Positions 12,801-24,178 are shown, counted from the stretch's first letter. The stretch is 64,000 nucleotides of DNA from Rebecca billardiae RCC1528 (GCA_965240325.2 OZ251233.1:1612001-1676000), one strand, 5' to 3'. Translations and numbers: made by a program. Notes: generated by a model from the sequence alone, not told the origin.

Positions 12801-13048
12801 CGGCGGGCAGCGGCGCGGCTGCGGCGCCCGCGGCTGCGGCGCAGCGCGGCGGCAGGCTCAGCGGAGCCCCCACGCCGACACCGCTGCTCGCGCCGCCAGA
12901 CGCGAACTCCGCCGCTGAGCCGCAGCAGTGGCAAGGCGCCAGCCCGCGCTCGCAGCCGTCGGTCAGCAGCCGGATCGCAAGTCCGAGCAAGGGCGGTGGC
13001 AGCAAGCAGCTGGCCTCCCTCGACGCGGAGCTTGAGCATCATGGATGA
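8506..13048 (+). CDS. Coiled-coil protein, TSNAXIP1 (translin-associated factor X-interacting protein 1)-like; one predicted intron 11622-11820
   Basis: N-terminal coiled coil; PRSLR...VRAHALSLSRVRALVSEFW...LCYALHEGLARY...DP pattern recalls TSNAXIP1-family C-terminal region; a GT...CAG intron joins ORF 8506.. in frame to ORF ..13048. Confidence 0.6.
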
Positions 13049-16000
13049 TGAATGGTGGCACCACCCGTCCCAGAAAGCCCGTGAGCCCGTCTTCGGCTCA
13101 GCGGGCTCGTGAGGTACCGACGGTACCTCATGATGAGCTCCCTCGGACTTAGAAATTAAAACTGACGACCGCCACGCATCAGTTGCGGGTCGTACGTCGT
13201 ATAAGCGCTATCTGCTACGTACGTGCGCGCGTATATTTTTCAATACCATATGCACGACTACGGCGGCGGACTCGTCGACTCGAGCCTTGACGTATGGGGC
13301 TGGGACGGGTGGCAGGCGCAGCCATTAGCAGAGCGCAGTCATCATCATCGGACTGCGCTAGGACCGTTCGGCACGGCTACGATCATAAGCTATACGCTGA
13401 GCTCATTGTTCTGAAGCGCAACGCCGGTATATAGCGCAGCAGGCGGTTTAATAATATGCGCGGAATGATATATATGATGCGCGACGATGTAGTCGAATAA
13501 TGCTGAATATATCGTATAGTACGATAGTCGTGATGCGTATAGACTGCTACACGAGCTAGTCGTCGTTATCATCATTGTCATCCGGCGGAGTCAGTAGACT
13601 CAGTAGTGACGACGATGGCGCGCAGGACGTACTCGGAGTGATGATGCGATCGATCATCATGACAGCGGCAGCATCAGTGTTACTGAGTGCCAGTACGGTA
13701 CAGTTCGGAGTCAGTTCGGCGCGGAGCCTGACCCAGCTAAAGAATAATACGACGACGACTGCTGATGCTAGTAGCAGGCCCGGCCGCATAGGCTGCCTGT
13801 ATAGTGCTCGTCGATCGTGATTGATACTTCTGTATACTGGCGCTGCGCTATATAGCAGCTAAGTTTTCACTTATTACGATAGATAGCGCCCGCTCGTCAT
13901 CGCGCGAGTCATCAATCGCGTAGTGAGCTAGCGCAGGCGTAGACGCGACTACAGCACCGTTGCGGCCAAGTTAGCAGCAGCAGTATTGACTATTGTAGTT
14001 ATCGCGTCAGCAGTACCGCAAATCAGTCGGCTGCTTAACATTCTGATTGCAGGCGCCCATATATATATGCTTTCATGTACATATAGCGCTGCTACTAGCA
14101 GTCGGCTAGTGGTCGTAGTAGTATAGCAGTAGCAGTATTTTATTGTGGCGTCTACGCGTACGATCGACTGCTGCCCGCGTGAGTGTGACGACACATCAAC
14201 CTTGGCGGCCTCAGGGACAAGCATAGCTACTGTCATACTCATAGCCGACTCGGTTGAGCGCCCGAGACCGCCAGCTGCGCGCCATCTTGATGGCGGCCGG
14301 AGTCGTTGGCACAGAACTTGGCAGGGTTAGCAGCAGCATATCATCATTATTGAAGTCGTCGCGTCGTCATACGGTAGTGGTGTGCACGGTGCGCAGTTCT
14401 GCAGTCTGCTGCTGCCGCACTGAGGCTTGCCACGATATTTCGACGGCTCCTACTCCTAGCCAGCATCGTCACTGCTGGCTGACGATGGTGATGACGCCGA
14501 GACAGACGCGTACAACGAATCAAGCATGGACATCATGGTTGTGATGTCCGAGTCGTCAGGCGCACAGTCAGTCCTACTTCTGTCAGCAGCATCACCGAGT
14601 GGCGCCGGCAGACGCGAGCTGACGCGCCAGTATGATAGTTATTAGCAGTCGCCTGTAGTCTGTCGGCGCGGCGCGCGGCGCTGCTGCTGACACTGCCACC
14701 CAGGACGCAGGCTATGGTCGACGAGTCTGAGCGCGCCCTGGCGCTGATGCAGTGCTGTTTCGTCGCACTTCCGGGACTCGGCTGTGCAGCCTGAAATTGA
14801 ATACTGAGTGCTGCCTGTCACCGTCAGCGCGGCGCATCATCATCAGTATTCAGCATATTCGCAGCTTATGACCGTGCTTCGCGGCTCTTGTTCATGGAAC
14901 CAACGTAGTTAGGGGTCCGCGAAAGTGTGGACGGTTGCTCGCCCGAGTAGGCGTGGGTGGCGAGCACAACGTCGTGGCAGTCCGGGAGCTAGCACGCCCC
15001 AGTCTGCACGCCCCGGACTGCGATCTTTTGACGTGCGCCCTCGACGTGCTGCTTCGCCCTCCTCGGCGCGAGGGTCCGGTTGTCTTGGCTCTCGCCACTC
15101 GGGGCACGGTCGCGTGGAGCGACTCCTCGCTGCCGCCCATGTTCCTCGATCGCTGCCGAGCAAGTGATTTGCGGCCTGGGTTAACCCGCGAGGCCGCAAG
15201 TGCTGCAAAGTGCTGCAAATACGGAAAATCGTCACTCACGTCCGGGCCCTTGAGAGTTGCTCCTCGGGATGGCTGTCGCCGTGCAGCCCGTGAGGGGGTT
15301 GTCCATCGCCACCGCGGGCGCCCGGGCCGGCGCCGCGATGGCGGGCGCGTGGCGCCCGCCCAAGATGGGTAGGTCGTGGACGTGAGCTCACGTCCACCAA
15401 ATATACCAGCTTGGAAGCCCGAAACGTCGCAAAATGGCGAGATGTGCGCTCTCTTCCCCGCCGCGCTGACCATTGCAATCTGGGCAGCCATAGCGGCCGC
15501 CACGGGGTCGAACTCCACGGGGTGCCTCATGGCTGGTCTGAGCGTACACGCACGCCTGTCATAGCGCACGCGCGCAGCAGTCCGCGCTGACCAGACCGCA
15601 CCGCGCGCGCGCGTCTCGTGCTCGCGCACAAGCCTCGGACGCGACGGCGTCCGATTGGTCTTGGTCGTGGCACGGGGCGGCGAGAAAGCATGGCGTGAGT
15701 CGTCCTACGTCCACGTTTTCTCGCGCGCGGGTGGCGGTGCGTCTCCCCGCGGACGCATGCGTAGGCAGCGACTGTCAGCCAGCTGCGCTGGTCGCCGTAG
15801 CCTGATAGCCAGTGCGTGCACTGCGGCTTCGCCTAGCTGCCTAGTGGGTCATCATGTGCCCAGGCAGTGGATGAATTGGAATATGGGCCAGCCTCCGACG
15901 ACGACCCCAGGTAGCGCTAGTAACACACGCAGATGCTGTCTCTAACCGATCTGGCGCTGCGTCCGCTGAGACGATCTCTTCAGAAAGCTCCCATCAACAG

Positions 16001-17236
16001 CTTGTGAGAGTCAATCAGCCGGGCCGCCGGATTCAATCGTGTGCCTCAAGGCTCAAGGAGCTGTCGTCGATTGACCTCAGGACGGTCTATACACACGAAC
16101 GTTCCACGCGGCTGGGCGAGCCGCCGGCTCCACTACAGGTGGCCACGCCGCCGATGGGATCAGGTCCCTGACCTGCGGTGAGATCCCTCCTTGCCACACT
16201 ACTGTACCTTGCATGGCCACGACGCTTGGATCGGCGGCGGCTCGTCCGAGCGCCGCCTCGCACCCAGGGCGGCGGCTCGTCACGCGCTGCGCGATGGTGT
16301 GCCCGCACGGGGCAAGGTGACATTGACCAGCCGGTATTTGCCTGCGCGGAAGAGGCGCGGCCTCCGAGCCCGCGCGACGACACGATCTCGTAGAGAAGGA
16401 AGGACAAGCTGTATGTATGCGTATGCGCAGTGTGCACACGCTCACACGCACACACGCGCACGCACAATGGCCAGCAGCACGCATGAGGAGCAGTCCATCA
16501 CAGGCTCAGGCACGCCCACGCTTTTGTGCGCCTCGTGCGTACCGGTGGATGCCCAACGCTCAGGTTCTTTGCCACCCTCTACAGCATGTGTTTCATGGTT
16601 TAGGTGAACCTGGCTCTGATCCACTGCTGCTCCACGTTGACGCCTCTCCCGAGCAGGACAAGCTGCGTGATTTCCACAATCTGGACGAGCTCTTACAAGG
16701 GCGCACGGCTCTCGTATCTTACAAAGTCATTCTCCTCGTCGTCGCTCGTGAGTTCACGACTGAATGGCAAGGAGTGGCCACGCCGAGAAGAGACAAGATG
16801 CGTCAGCTCGATCTCGGTGCGGACAGGAGTCCGTGGGCTCGTCGGACCCGAGTGGTCAGCCCGCACCGTTCGAATCGCAGATCTCGTGCCATCCACGACG
16901 GCTTCGACCAGGGGGCGAACCACGGCATTCTACATTTGCGGCTCGGCGCTCGTCAAGGGCAGCAGTCCATCTGACACGGGATCTCGCGCCCACAGCTCCC
17001 GCCATTTCTCGTCCCGCCGGCCAACGGGCTCGCTTGCCGGTCAGTTTCCGGTGGACCACGCGAAATCCGGAATTCTGCGGCCTTGCGGGTTAAAACACCC
17101 GAGCGACCGTTGGCCACTTCGCCCCGGTTTCTGCGTGACGCGCCTGCAACTCTGTCTGAACTCCAACGGCCGACGACGAAGCGACCAGTGGCGCTTCGCA
17201 CTCATCCGACTCACCACTCACCATTGCTTCAGGCCC

Positions 17237-17593
17237 ATGTCGAAGAAGACAGACTTCACCGCGAAGCAGGCCCGAGAGACGTACGGCCTCACGGACGACG
17301 ACCTCGAGAATATCCCCTACAAGATGAAGGCAGCCTACGGCTTCGGCGGCGGCTCGTACAGAGTGTGGCGTGGAGGCGATCTTGCCGAACGCGCCAAGTC
17401 CAAGCGTTCCGCTCTGGGCAACTCCTATGACAAGCAGGCGATCACAAAAAAGCTTGCGGCGCAGAAGCAGCGCGAAGCGCGCGCTGACAAGCGCGACGCC
17501 AAGCTCGTGGAGAAGTACTTCCCTGGGCGCAAGTTCTCGAAGAAGGCGGCCAAGGAGGCAAACAAGCTACACAACAATCGCCACTACCGTTGA
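17237..17593 (+). CDS. Small basic protein with XPA C-terminal-like domain (118 aa)
   Basis: ATG at 17237, GC3-rich codons; FTAKQARETYGLTDDDLENIPY..K...YRVW resembles XPA-C/Rad14 ITKTEAKxxYLLxDxDL motif; Lys-rich helical tail. Confidence 0.6.
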   Translation: MSKKTDFTAKQARETYGLTDDDLENIPYKMKAAYGFGGGSYRVWRGGDLAERAKSKRSALGNSYDKQAITKKLAAQKQREARADKRDAKLVEKYFPGRKFSKKAAKEANKLHNNRHYR

Positions 17594-18780
17594 GGCCGCC
17601 AAGTTGAGCTCCTTTCCGCGTACACGCACGTCACCTGGCATGAGCACATCTTGAACCAACCAACCGTTGTGAACCGACTTATGAGCAACACGCGCTTGTG
17701 GCTATTGTCAACACCACTCATACGCTTAATTGCAATGCCTCCATCGAGATGACGATGATTCCGTGCATCATCAACGATCGTCGCGTAAGGCGTCAATCAA
17801 TGATCAGTCCGCGCCGCGGCGACGACGGCCAGGCGCAGGCGGGAATAGACAATTGTGAAATGTCTCGTCGTTGGAATGATTCATCCGCGGGACCGCGGCC
17901 TGCGCGGCCGCCGCCGCCGCATAGTCGGTCGAATCGCAGGATTAAGCCGTGAACAAGCACTCAGCACGTCGGGTCCAGGTCCCGCGCCCGCGGCCGACGG
18001 TCGGACGGATGATCGTCCGCCGCGCCACGCGTACCTCTGGCGCCGCGTGCATGGCCGACTCAGTGCGCAAGCGCAGCCTATAGAGCTAGTCATTATGCAT
18101 TCATTGCGTCGCTGACTGTGCGGCCGCGCCCGTACTACTACTGCTACTGAATTGAACGCGAAGTTATCCGCCGCCGCAGTGTAGTCACTGACGAGTCAAT
18201 ATTCGCCGCCCGTCAGCAGTCGTATTGCGCCGTGGTCGCGTAGTACATTCGTATAATAAACTCTCATGCCACGCTATGCCGTCTGCTATGACTGTGAGTT
18301 ACTGTACGGGCCCGCCGAACGGGTCACACGTGGTCGCGATCAAGGGGCTAGTTTATCGGCAGATCGACGGCATCAGTTATTGAGAATACACAGCATCGCT
18401 CACATCGGCCCGGGTCTACTTGAACCTACCATTGATGGCAGCGCTCGGCCTCGCGACCTAGTGCCTCGCCATCACTGCGTCAGGCCTCACTTCGGCTCTC
18501 GGTCCTCGTCGTCAGCCGCATCAGGCTGGGGCACCCGAGCTCGGATCGGCCAGGTAGTCAGCCGCTGCCGGACTGATGAGAGTCGCACGCTGTCGCACCG
18601 ATGATCGGGCGCAGTATAATCTACCGCGTTCGTTGATGAGAAAATCGCTTATTAAATAGAACAGCAGCGCGCGCGCTGCTCAGCGCTGGTCGAGTTCAGT
18701 AGTACGAAAATCGCAATACAGTACTGGTAACCACGATGGTATATATATATCTACTGCTGCTGTATTTTTATAAACTAACT

Positions 18781-18832
18781 CCCTCTCTCTCTCTCTCTCT
18801 CTCTGACTCTCTCTCTCTCTCTCTCTCTCTCC
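18781..18832. repeat. (CT)n microsatellite
   Basis: Interrupted ct dinucleotide run seen directly. Confidence 0.9.
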
Positions 18833-19239
18833 TTAGCGCCGACTGTACCGAGCCCTAGCTTACCTGAACGGTGCGCGGCGCGCGCTGGCCCGCGCCCACC
18901 GCCACCGGGGCCGCCGGCCCGACCCGCCTACAACTCGCGCCCTCCGGCTGTGCTGCGGCGCCGGAGTGACTGAGACTCGGTGTGAGTACCCGCCGAGGTC
19001 CAGCAGCGCGATATATTGGCGTCATATTGGCTAGCTATAGTCCGGCCTTAGTAGTCCGGTCCTACTCGGTTTAGCGGCCGGCCTAGACGGGCCCGTCAGG
19101 CCGCAGTCTGACACTAGTGTCACTGACAGGTAAATGCTGTCGTATAGTTATCTCGTCACTATCTATCTGCTCGAACGGCCGGCGCCCCGACGCCGACTAC
19201 CGCGGCGGTCACTAACTTATTAAACTATATATATATATA

Positions 19240-22200
19240 AGGTGCTGACGCTCCTGCCCGGGCTCCTGCTGTGGCAGCCTCTGCGCGGGGGCCGCGGCCG
19301 CGCGACGCGGACCATCGAGCGCCGCTTCGGCTTGTGGGACCGCGGGGAGCTCGACACGCTCGTCGACGAGTGGGCGCAGGAGTGCCGCCGCTCCGCTGAC
19401 GAGGCCGCCGTGGGGGGCGGCGAGGGGCTGGGAGACGCGCAGCGCGAGGTCAAGCGCGCCACCGAGCTGCTGGCGAAGGGCGAGGTCTCGGCGGCGGCGC
19501 GGCTGCTCGAGAGCCACGGCCTGGCTAGCATGCAGGACCAGGCCGTACAGGCGCAGATGCGCGCGAAGCATCCGCAGCGCACGTACTCGCTCGACGGCGT
19601 CCTCGACGACGACGCCCTCGACGACGCCGCCGAGTTCATCATCACGGCCGACGACATTAAGGAGGTGTACCGCGGCCTGCCGCGCGAGAAGGCGGCTGGG
19701 GCGTCGGCGTGGCGGTTTGAGTACCTCACGGCCGTCGCGCCGACCGTGGACTTCCCCGACGACAAGGCCGCCAGCGCCCCCGAGGCGCACGCCGCGTTCG
19801 CGACGCTCTTCCTCGACAACCGGCTCCCGGGCGGGTTCAACCTCACCTTTGCGTCCGTGCGGCTCATCCCCGTGCGCAAGCGCGCCGCGAGCGCGGCCGG
19901 CGCAGAGGACGCGCGTCCGGTGGGTATCTCGTGCGGCCTCCGCCGCGCGCTTACGCGCTGCCTGCTCCGACGCGCGGACGTCAAGGAGATGCTGGAGTCG
20001 TACCTCGCCCCCCTGCAGCTCGGCGTCGCTGTCCCGTCGGGCGGCACGAAGCTCGTCTTTGCGATTCGCGAGCTGCTGGACGCGCACCCGGACTGGGTTC
20101 TGATCTCGTGCGACATCCGGAACGCCTTCAACGCGACGCTCCGCCGGTCGATCATCCGCGCGGTGTCGACGGCCGGCGAGCTGTCGGCGCTGACGCCGCT
20201 CGCGCTCGCGATGCTCGCTCCCAAGGCGCGCGTCTTCGACGGCGGTGGCGGCACTGGCCAGCCCATTCGGCAGCTCGACTTCCTCAGCGAGGAGGGCGTG
20301 CAGCAGGGCTCGGTCGAGGCAGCGGCCTTCTTTGCGATCGCGCTCCAGCCGCACCTGCGCGCGCTGGACGAGCGGCTGCAGCCGTGCGGGGGCGCCGCAC
20401 GCGCGGGCCACGACGATGTGAGCATCATCGGCCCGCCGTCCGAGGCCTTCCGTGCCCTCCACGAGTTCGCCGCCGCCGTGAAGGACTCGCTCGGCCTGGA
20501 GCTGCAGGTCGCCAAGACCAAGTGCTACATCCACCCGGAGTACGACCACCTGCTGGACGAGCACCGGGGCGACGTGCCGCGCGGCACGCTGACGGACGCA
20601 GACGGCGTCGCTCACCACGGCGTCACGGTGTATGGCGTGCCCGTCGGGACCGAGGGCTACGTGGCCACCCACCTCTCTGACAAGTGTGCCGAGATCGCTG
20701 GCATCTCGAACAAGCTGATCAACAGGCTCGGCTCGGCGCACAAGCAGGGGCTGTGGGTGCTCACGCACTACTCGACCTCGACGAAGCTCGACTACTTCCT
20801 CCGCCACATCGAGCCCGACGCCACTGCCGAGGCGTGTGAGCGGTTTGACGCTATCATCCTCCGGCAGGCCGGCGTCGCGCTCGGCTTCCCCACCGACGAC
20901 CAGCTCGACGACATCATGCTGCAGCGGCTCCGCCTGCCCGTCCGCCTGGGGGGGCTCGCCCTGCGCTCGGCGGCGCAGCGGGCACCCGCCGCCTTCTGGG
21001 CGGGGGCCCACGCCGCTGTTCCCGCGTTCCTCGACCGCCACGCCCCCATGCAGGGCGGCGTCGCCGTGCACGGCGTCCTCGAGCGCGACTCCATCGTCGC
21101 GCGCGTGGGCCGTGACGCGTTCGTGGACATGCGCGCCGCCGGATGGCGCCAGTTTCTGCAGTCGGGCTCGGCGCTCGGGCGGACGCTCGCGACCATCTGG
21201 GAGCGCCTCCAGCTCGCCGAGCAGGAGGCGCCAGCTGTGCCCAACCGGCAGCCTTACTGCGTGCTCCACCTCCCGGCGGGTCAGGTGGCACCCACGGCAC
21301 GCCGGGCTGTGGACGGCACCGTCTACTACAGCCTCGCCAAGGACATCACGGAGGACGTCGAGAACACCCACGGCTGGCTCCTGCGGCGGCAGCTCAGCTC
21401 TCTCTCTCGGGACGACCGCCGTGTGCACCTCATCCAGAACGTGGACCGTGCCTCACTCGCGTTCGTGGGCGCGCTCCCGATCGGCAGCGCGGCGGTCCAC
21501 CACCAGGGTGAGTGGCTTGAGATCGCGGCGCGCGCGCTCGGGATCCCCAGCCCGGTCTGCGCGCCGCTGGCCCAGGCCGGGGCGTACGTGCCCACGCGCT
21601 CGGGTCCCGGCATCCGGGTGGACGCGTACGGCGACGCGCTCCTCAGCGCGTCCGGCCGCAACGCGCTCCCCGGCGACCACGTCGCACGCTACCGGCACGA
21701 CCCGGTGATCCGCGTGCTGGCGGGGTTCTTCCGCACGTACGCCGGTGTGTACGCCGTGCCGGAGGACACCTGGATCTTCGGCTCGGTGCACGCCCAGTCC
21801 ACCGCCCAGGCGCAGGCGGTGCTCGGCACGGACCGCAAGCGCGTGCCGGTGGTGGACCTGAGTGCCGAGGTGCACGGCAACTGTACCCTGTTCGAGGTCA
21901 AGACCATCTCGCTGAGCCCGTCGCGCTACAGGGTGAGCGACGGCCGCAACGGTGCGGTGCGCCAGCGCGCGGAACTCGTCCCGCGCGAGCGGCGCAAGCA
22001 GCTGCAGCTCCTCGACCGCGAGGTCTATGGCACGCTTGAGGGCCAGGTGGGCCCATACGAGGCGCGGCTCGACACCTTCCCCGCGATCGTCCCGATTGTC
22101 GTGGGGGCGTTCGGCGAGTGGAGCGCGGAGGTGGACCTCACCCTCAAGAAGATCGCCAAGATGGGGCGGGACACGTGGCGCGCGCGCCTCAGCGCGCCCT

Positions 22201-22590
22201 CGCGCCCCGCCGCCGAGCGCGCGCTGCTCGGCACCATCATGCGGCGCGAGCTGGGCATGCGCTGCCTGCGTGGCCAGGCCAAGATGCTCATCGCCCGCGC
22301 GCGCATGGCGCACGTGCGCCCGGGGGCACGCGCCCGCGGGGGCACTGCGTACGACGACTGCTTCGAGACGACGGCTGACGACGCGTGGCACCGCGACCAC
22401 CGCGGTGGCGCGCGCGCGTCGACGCCAGACGGTGCGTCGAGCTTCCGCTCGGCGATGGAGTGATGGGCGACTACGAGGGGGGGGGGACGACGGCGAGGAG
22501 CGCTGATCCTGGTGTTTGTCTCTGCTGCTCGATCTGCCGCTACAGCTTGCTGACTCTCGGGGCGCCTGCCCGTTGCATACCACGTCGTTA
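19240..22590 (+). mobile_element. 5'-truncated CRE-like non-LTR retrotransposon (RT + restriction-like endonuclease) inserted in (TA)n
   Basis: Open ORF begins right after (TA)n 19226-19239 with no ATG; ~127-nt 3' UTR ends ...CACGTCGTTA followed by (AT)n. Confidence 0.88.
19242..22463 (+). CDS. Reverse transcriptase + RLE endonuclease polyprotein (N-terminally truncated)
   Basis: AAGASAWRFEYL, ARPVGI, YLAPLQLGVAVPSG, DIRNAFN, GVQQGS, GHDD, GLELQVAKTK, LRLPVRLGGLAL; C-terminal RHD...VVDL...FEVKT...VPIVVGAFGEW typical of CRE-clade RLE. Confidence 0.9.
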   Translation: MLTLLPGLLLWQPLRGGRGRATRTIERRFGLWDRGELDTLVDEWAQECRRSADEAAVGGGEGLGDAQREVKRATELLAKGEVSAAARLLESHGLASMQDQAVQAQMRAKHPQRTYSLDGVLDDDALDDAAEFIITADDIKEVYRGLPREKAAGASAWRFEYLTAVAPTVDFPDDKAASAPEAHAAFATLFLDNRLPGGFNLTFASVRLIPVRKRAASAAGAEDARPVGISCGLRRALTRCLLRRADVKEMLESYLAPLQLGVAVPSGGTKLVFAIRELLDAHPDWVLISCDIRNAFNATLRRSIIRAVSTAGELSALTPLALAMLAPKARVFDGGGGTGQPIRQLDFLSEEGVQQGSVEAAAFFAIALQPHLRALDERLQPCGGAARAGHDDVSIIGPPSEAFRALHEFAAAVKDSLGLELQVAKTKCYIHPEYDHLLDEHRGDVPRGTLTDADGVAHHGVTVYGVPVGTEGYVATHLSDKCAEIAGISNKLINRLGSAHKQGLWVLTHYSTSTKLDYFLRHIEPDATAEACERFDAIILRQAGVALGFPTDDQLDDIMLQRLRLPVRLGGLALRSAAQRAPAAFWAGAHAAVPAFLDRHAPMQGGVAVHGVLERDSIVARVGRDAFVDMRAAGWRQFLQSGSALGRTLATIWERLQLAEQEAPAVPNRQPYCVLHLPAGQVAPTARRAVDGTVYYSLAKDITEDVENTHGWLLRRQLSSLSRDDRRVHLIQNVDRASLAFVGALPIGSAAVHHQGEWLEIAARALGIPSPVCAPLAQAGAYVPTRSGPGIRVDAYGDALLSASGRNALPGDHVARYRHDPVIRVLAGFFRTYAGVYAVPEDTWIFGSVHAQSTAQAQAVLGTDRKRVPVVDLSAEVHGNCTLFEVKTISLSPSRYRVSDGRNGAVRQRAELVPRERRKQLQLLDREVYGTLEGQVGPYEARLDTFPAIVPIVVGAFGEWSAEVDLTLKKIAKMGRDTWRARLSAPSRPAAERALLGTIMRRELGMRCLRGQAKMLIARARMAHVRPGARARGGTAYDDCFETTADDAWHRDHRGGARASTPDGASSFRSAME

Positions 22591-22601
22591 ATATATATAT
22601 A

Positions 22602-22677
22602 TTAACGACGTGGTATGCAACGGGCAGGCGTCAGAGTCAGCAAGCTGTAGCAGCAGATCGAGCAGCAGAGACAAACA

Positions 22678-22680
<3 letters not shown>
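22602..22680 (-). mobile_element. Second, inverted ~80-bp 3'-end copy of the same retrotransposon
   Basis: Reverse complement of 22510-22591 with one small indel/substitution patch and one further substitution; (TA)n on both sides. Confidence 0.85.
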
Positions 22681-22719
<39 letters not shown>

Positions 22720-22741
22720 TTAATATATATATATATATATA
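22681..22741. repeat. (TA)n microsatellite interrupted by CGTTA
   Basis: TA run 22681-22717, cgtta, then TA run to about 22741. Confidence 0.9.
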
Positions 22742-23260
22742 ATTTTTATATAATTACTACCGTCCCGGCGGACCGGAGCCCCGTCCGCGGCCGTCCGCCG
22801 TCGGAGGGCGACGCCAGCCGTTAGTTATGGCGCCAGCTATATAGCTCAGCTACTGGCCGGCGCCCATAAAATGGCCGAAGCCCGTCGAATGTGCCGAGGC
22901 ATGCACCGAACGGCACGCAGTCATCCTCGTCACAAAGGCATGACTCACTGTGACATGACGAGTCACGAGTCACGAGACACGAGTCCGCGCGGACCGACCT
23001 GCTGAGTGCTGGCACGGAGTCCTGCGCTGAGCTGTCCAGTGTTGCTCCACAACTCAGCCCAGTGCAGCCTCGGATGAACGGGCCCGTGCGGCGCGCGCAC
23101 GCGTGCCGCACGGCGCGCAGCTCTTCGCACAGCGTGCCTTCTGCCTCAGCTTGACAGGGCACAGCCAGGCCGCCGCGGCTTGCCCTGATGCGGCATGACC
23201 GCCACCATGCGGCGCAGGCGGCAAAGCGTGCCCGCCGAAGTGGCCGCGCACTGGACGCAC

Positions 23261-23770
23261 TCAGGCGTTCGCGAGGCGGCCCCACCTGCGCGACATCCGC
23301 TCGTTCTCGGCGATCAGCTGCTTCGGGATGACCTCGGTCTTGAGTGGCGCCTCGGGCAGCTTGTGCTGGACGAGGTCGGCGATCTTGCGGTCCACCTTGG
23401 TCGAGCCGGCCACGGTGGACTCGGAGAGCCAGTAGTGCACGGTGTACGAGACGATGGGGTGCTTCACGCAATCGTCGGGACTCGACGTCGTCGAGCCGAT
23501 GTACACCTCCATCCTGGCGTACGTGGGCTGGTCGGCGTCGATCAGCATCATGAACGAGTTGGCGGCCTTGCCGGTCGCGTACTGGCCGAGGCGGCCATCG
23601 CCGAGGTGGAAGAAGGCGACGTCGTAGCCATCGACATACCACTCCGCCGTTGCCTTCGCGTCCATCGTGAGCCTCCTGAACACCTCGCCCTTCTCGTGGC
23701 CGATATGGTACTCGTACACATGGTCGTACTTGCTGTTGTCCTCACCCTTCTTCTTGAAGCACTTCAACAT
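23261..23770 (-). CDS. Hypothetical protein (169 aa), possibly SRPBCC/START-like fold
   Basis: ATG at 23770, strongly coding codon usage and globular composition; upstream GTGCGC...CAG suggests a 5'UTR intron. The fold is a guess. Confidence 0.65.
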   Translation of the reverse strand: MLKCFKKKGEDNSKYDHVYEYHIGHEKGEVFRRLTMDAKATAEWYVDGYDVAFFHLGDGRLGQYATGKAANSFMMLIDADQPTYARMEVYIGSTTSSPDDCVKHPIVSYTVHYWLSESTVAGSTKVDRKIADLVQHKLPEAPLKTEVIPKQLIAENERMSRRWGRLANA

Positions 23771-24178
23771 GCCGGGCGCGGAGCGGGGCTGGCGCCGGAT
23801 GGATGGGGAGACAAAAAGGGGACATGCACCGCGGGGCAGGTGAGCGTGGGGTGGGGTGCGCTGCGCCGAGCGAGCGGGGGGCCAGTGCGCGCGCACGTTC
23901 TGCGACGGTCAAGTGCTACGATGGAGCCTCCGGCGGCGGCGCTGGGCTTCTCTGACAATCAAGCTGCTCGTCTTTCGATCGGGCCGGGGCCCGTGGGTAA
24001 TAAATAACGACCAGAAGAGTCAAAATAGGCCTGCACGAAATATTGCGCGCGCATCAGTGCGCGCGAGCGCTCCGCCCATTGTCAGTGTTTGGCGTTCGAC
24101 GGGATAATTATCGCGAAACCGCTGACTATTATGATACTGTACCTACTTGATAATGCCCCGCGCGAACCGGCGGGCGAT

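Noticed and set aside
13100-14880. Short ORFs in a lower-GC, triplet-rich stretch
   Set aside because: Looks like degenerate simple-repeat intergenic DNA; no coding bias or defined repeat unit.
14892-15629. 245-aa ORF with faint methyltransferase-like VEFDP segment
   Set aside because: No further motifs, GTG start and inconsistent composition; cannot be supported as a gene.
19212-21428. 738-aa minus-strand ORF overlapping the RT
   Set aside because: Antisense shadow of a GC3-biased ORF; no independent motifs.
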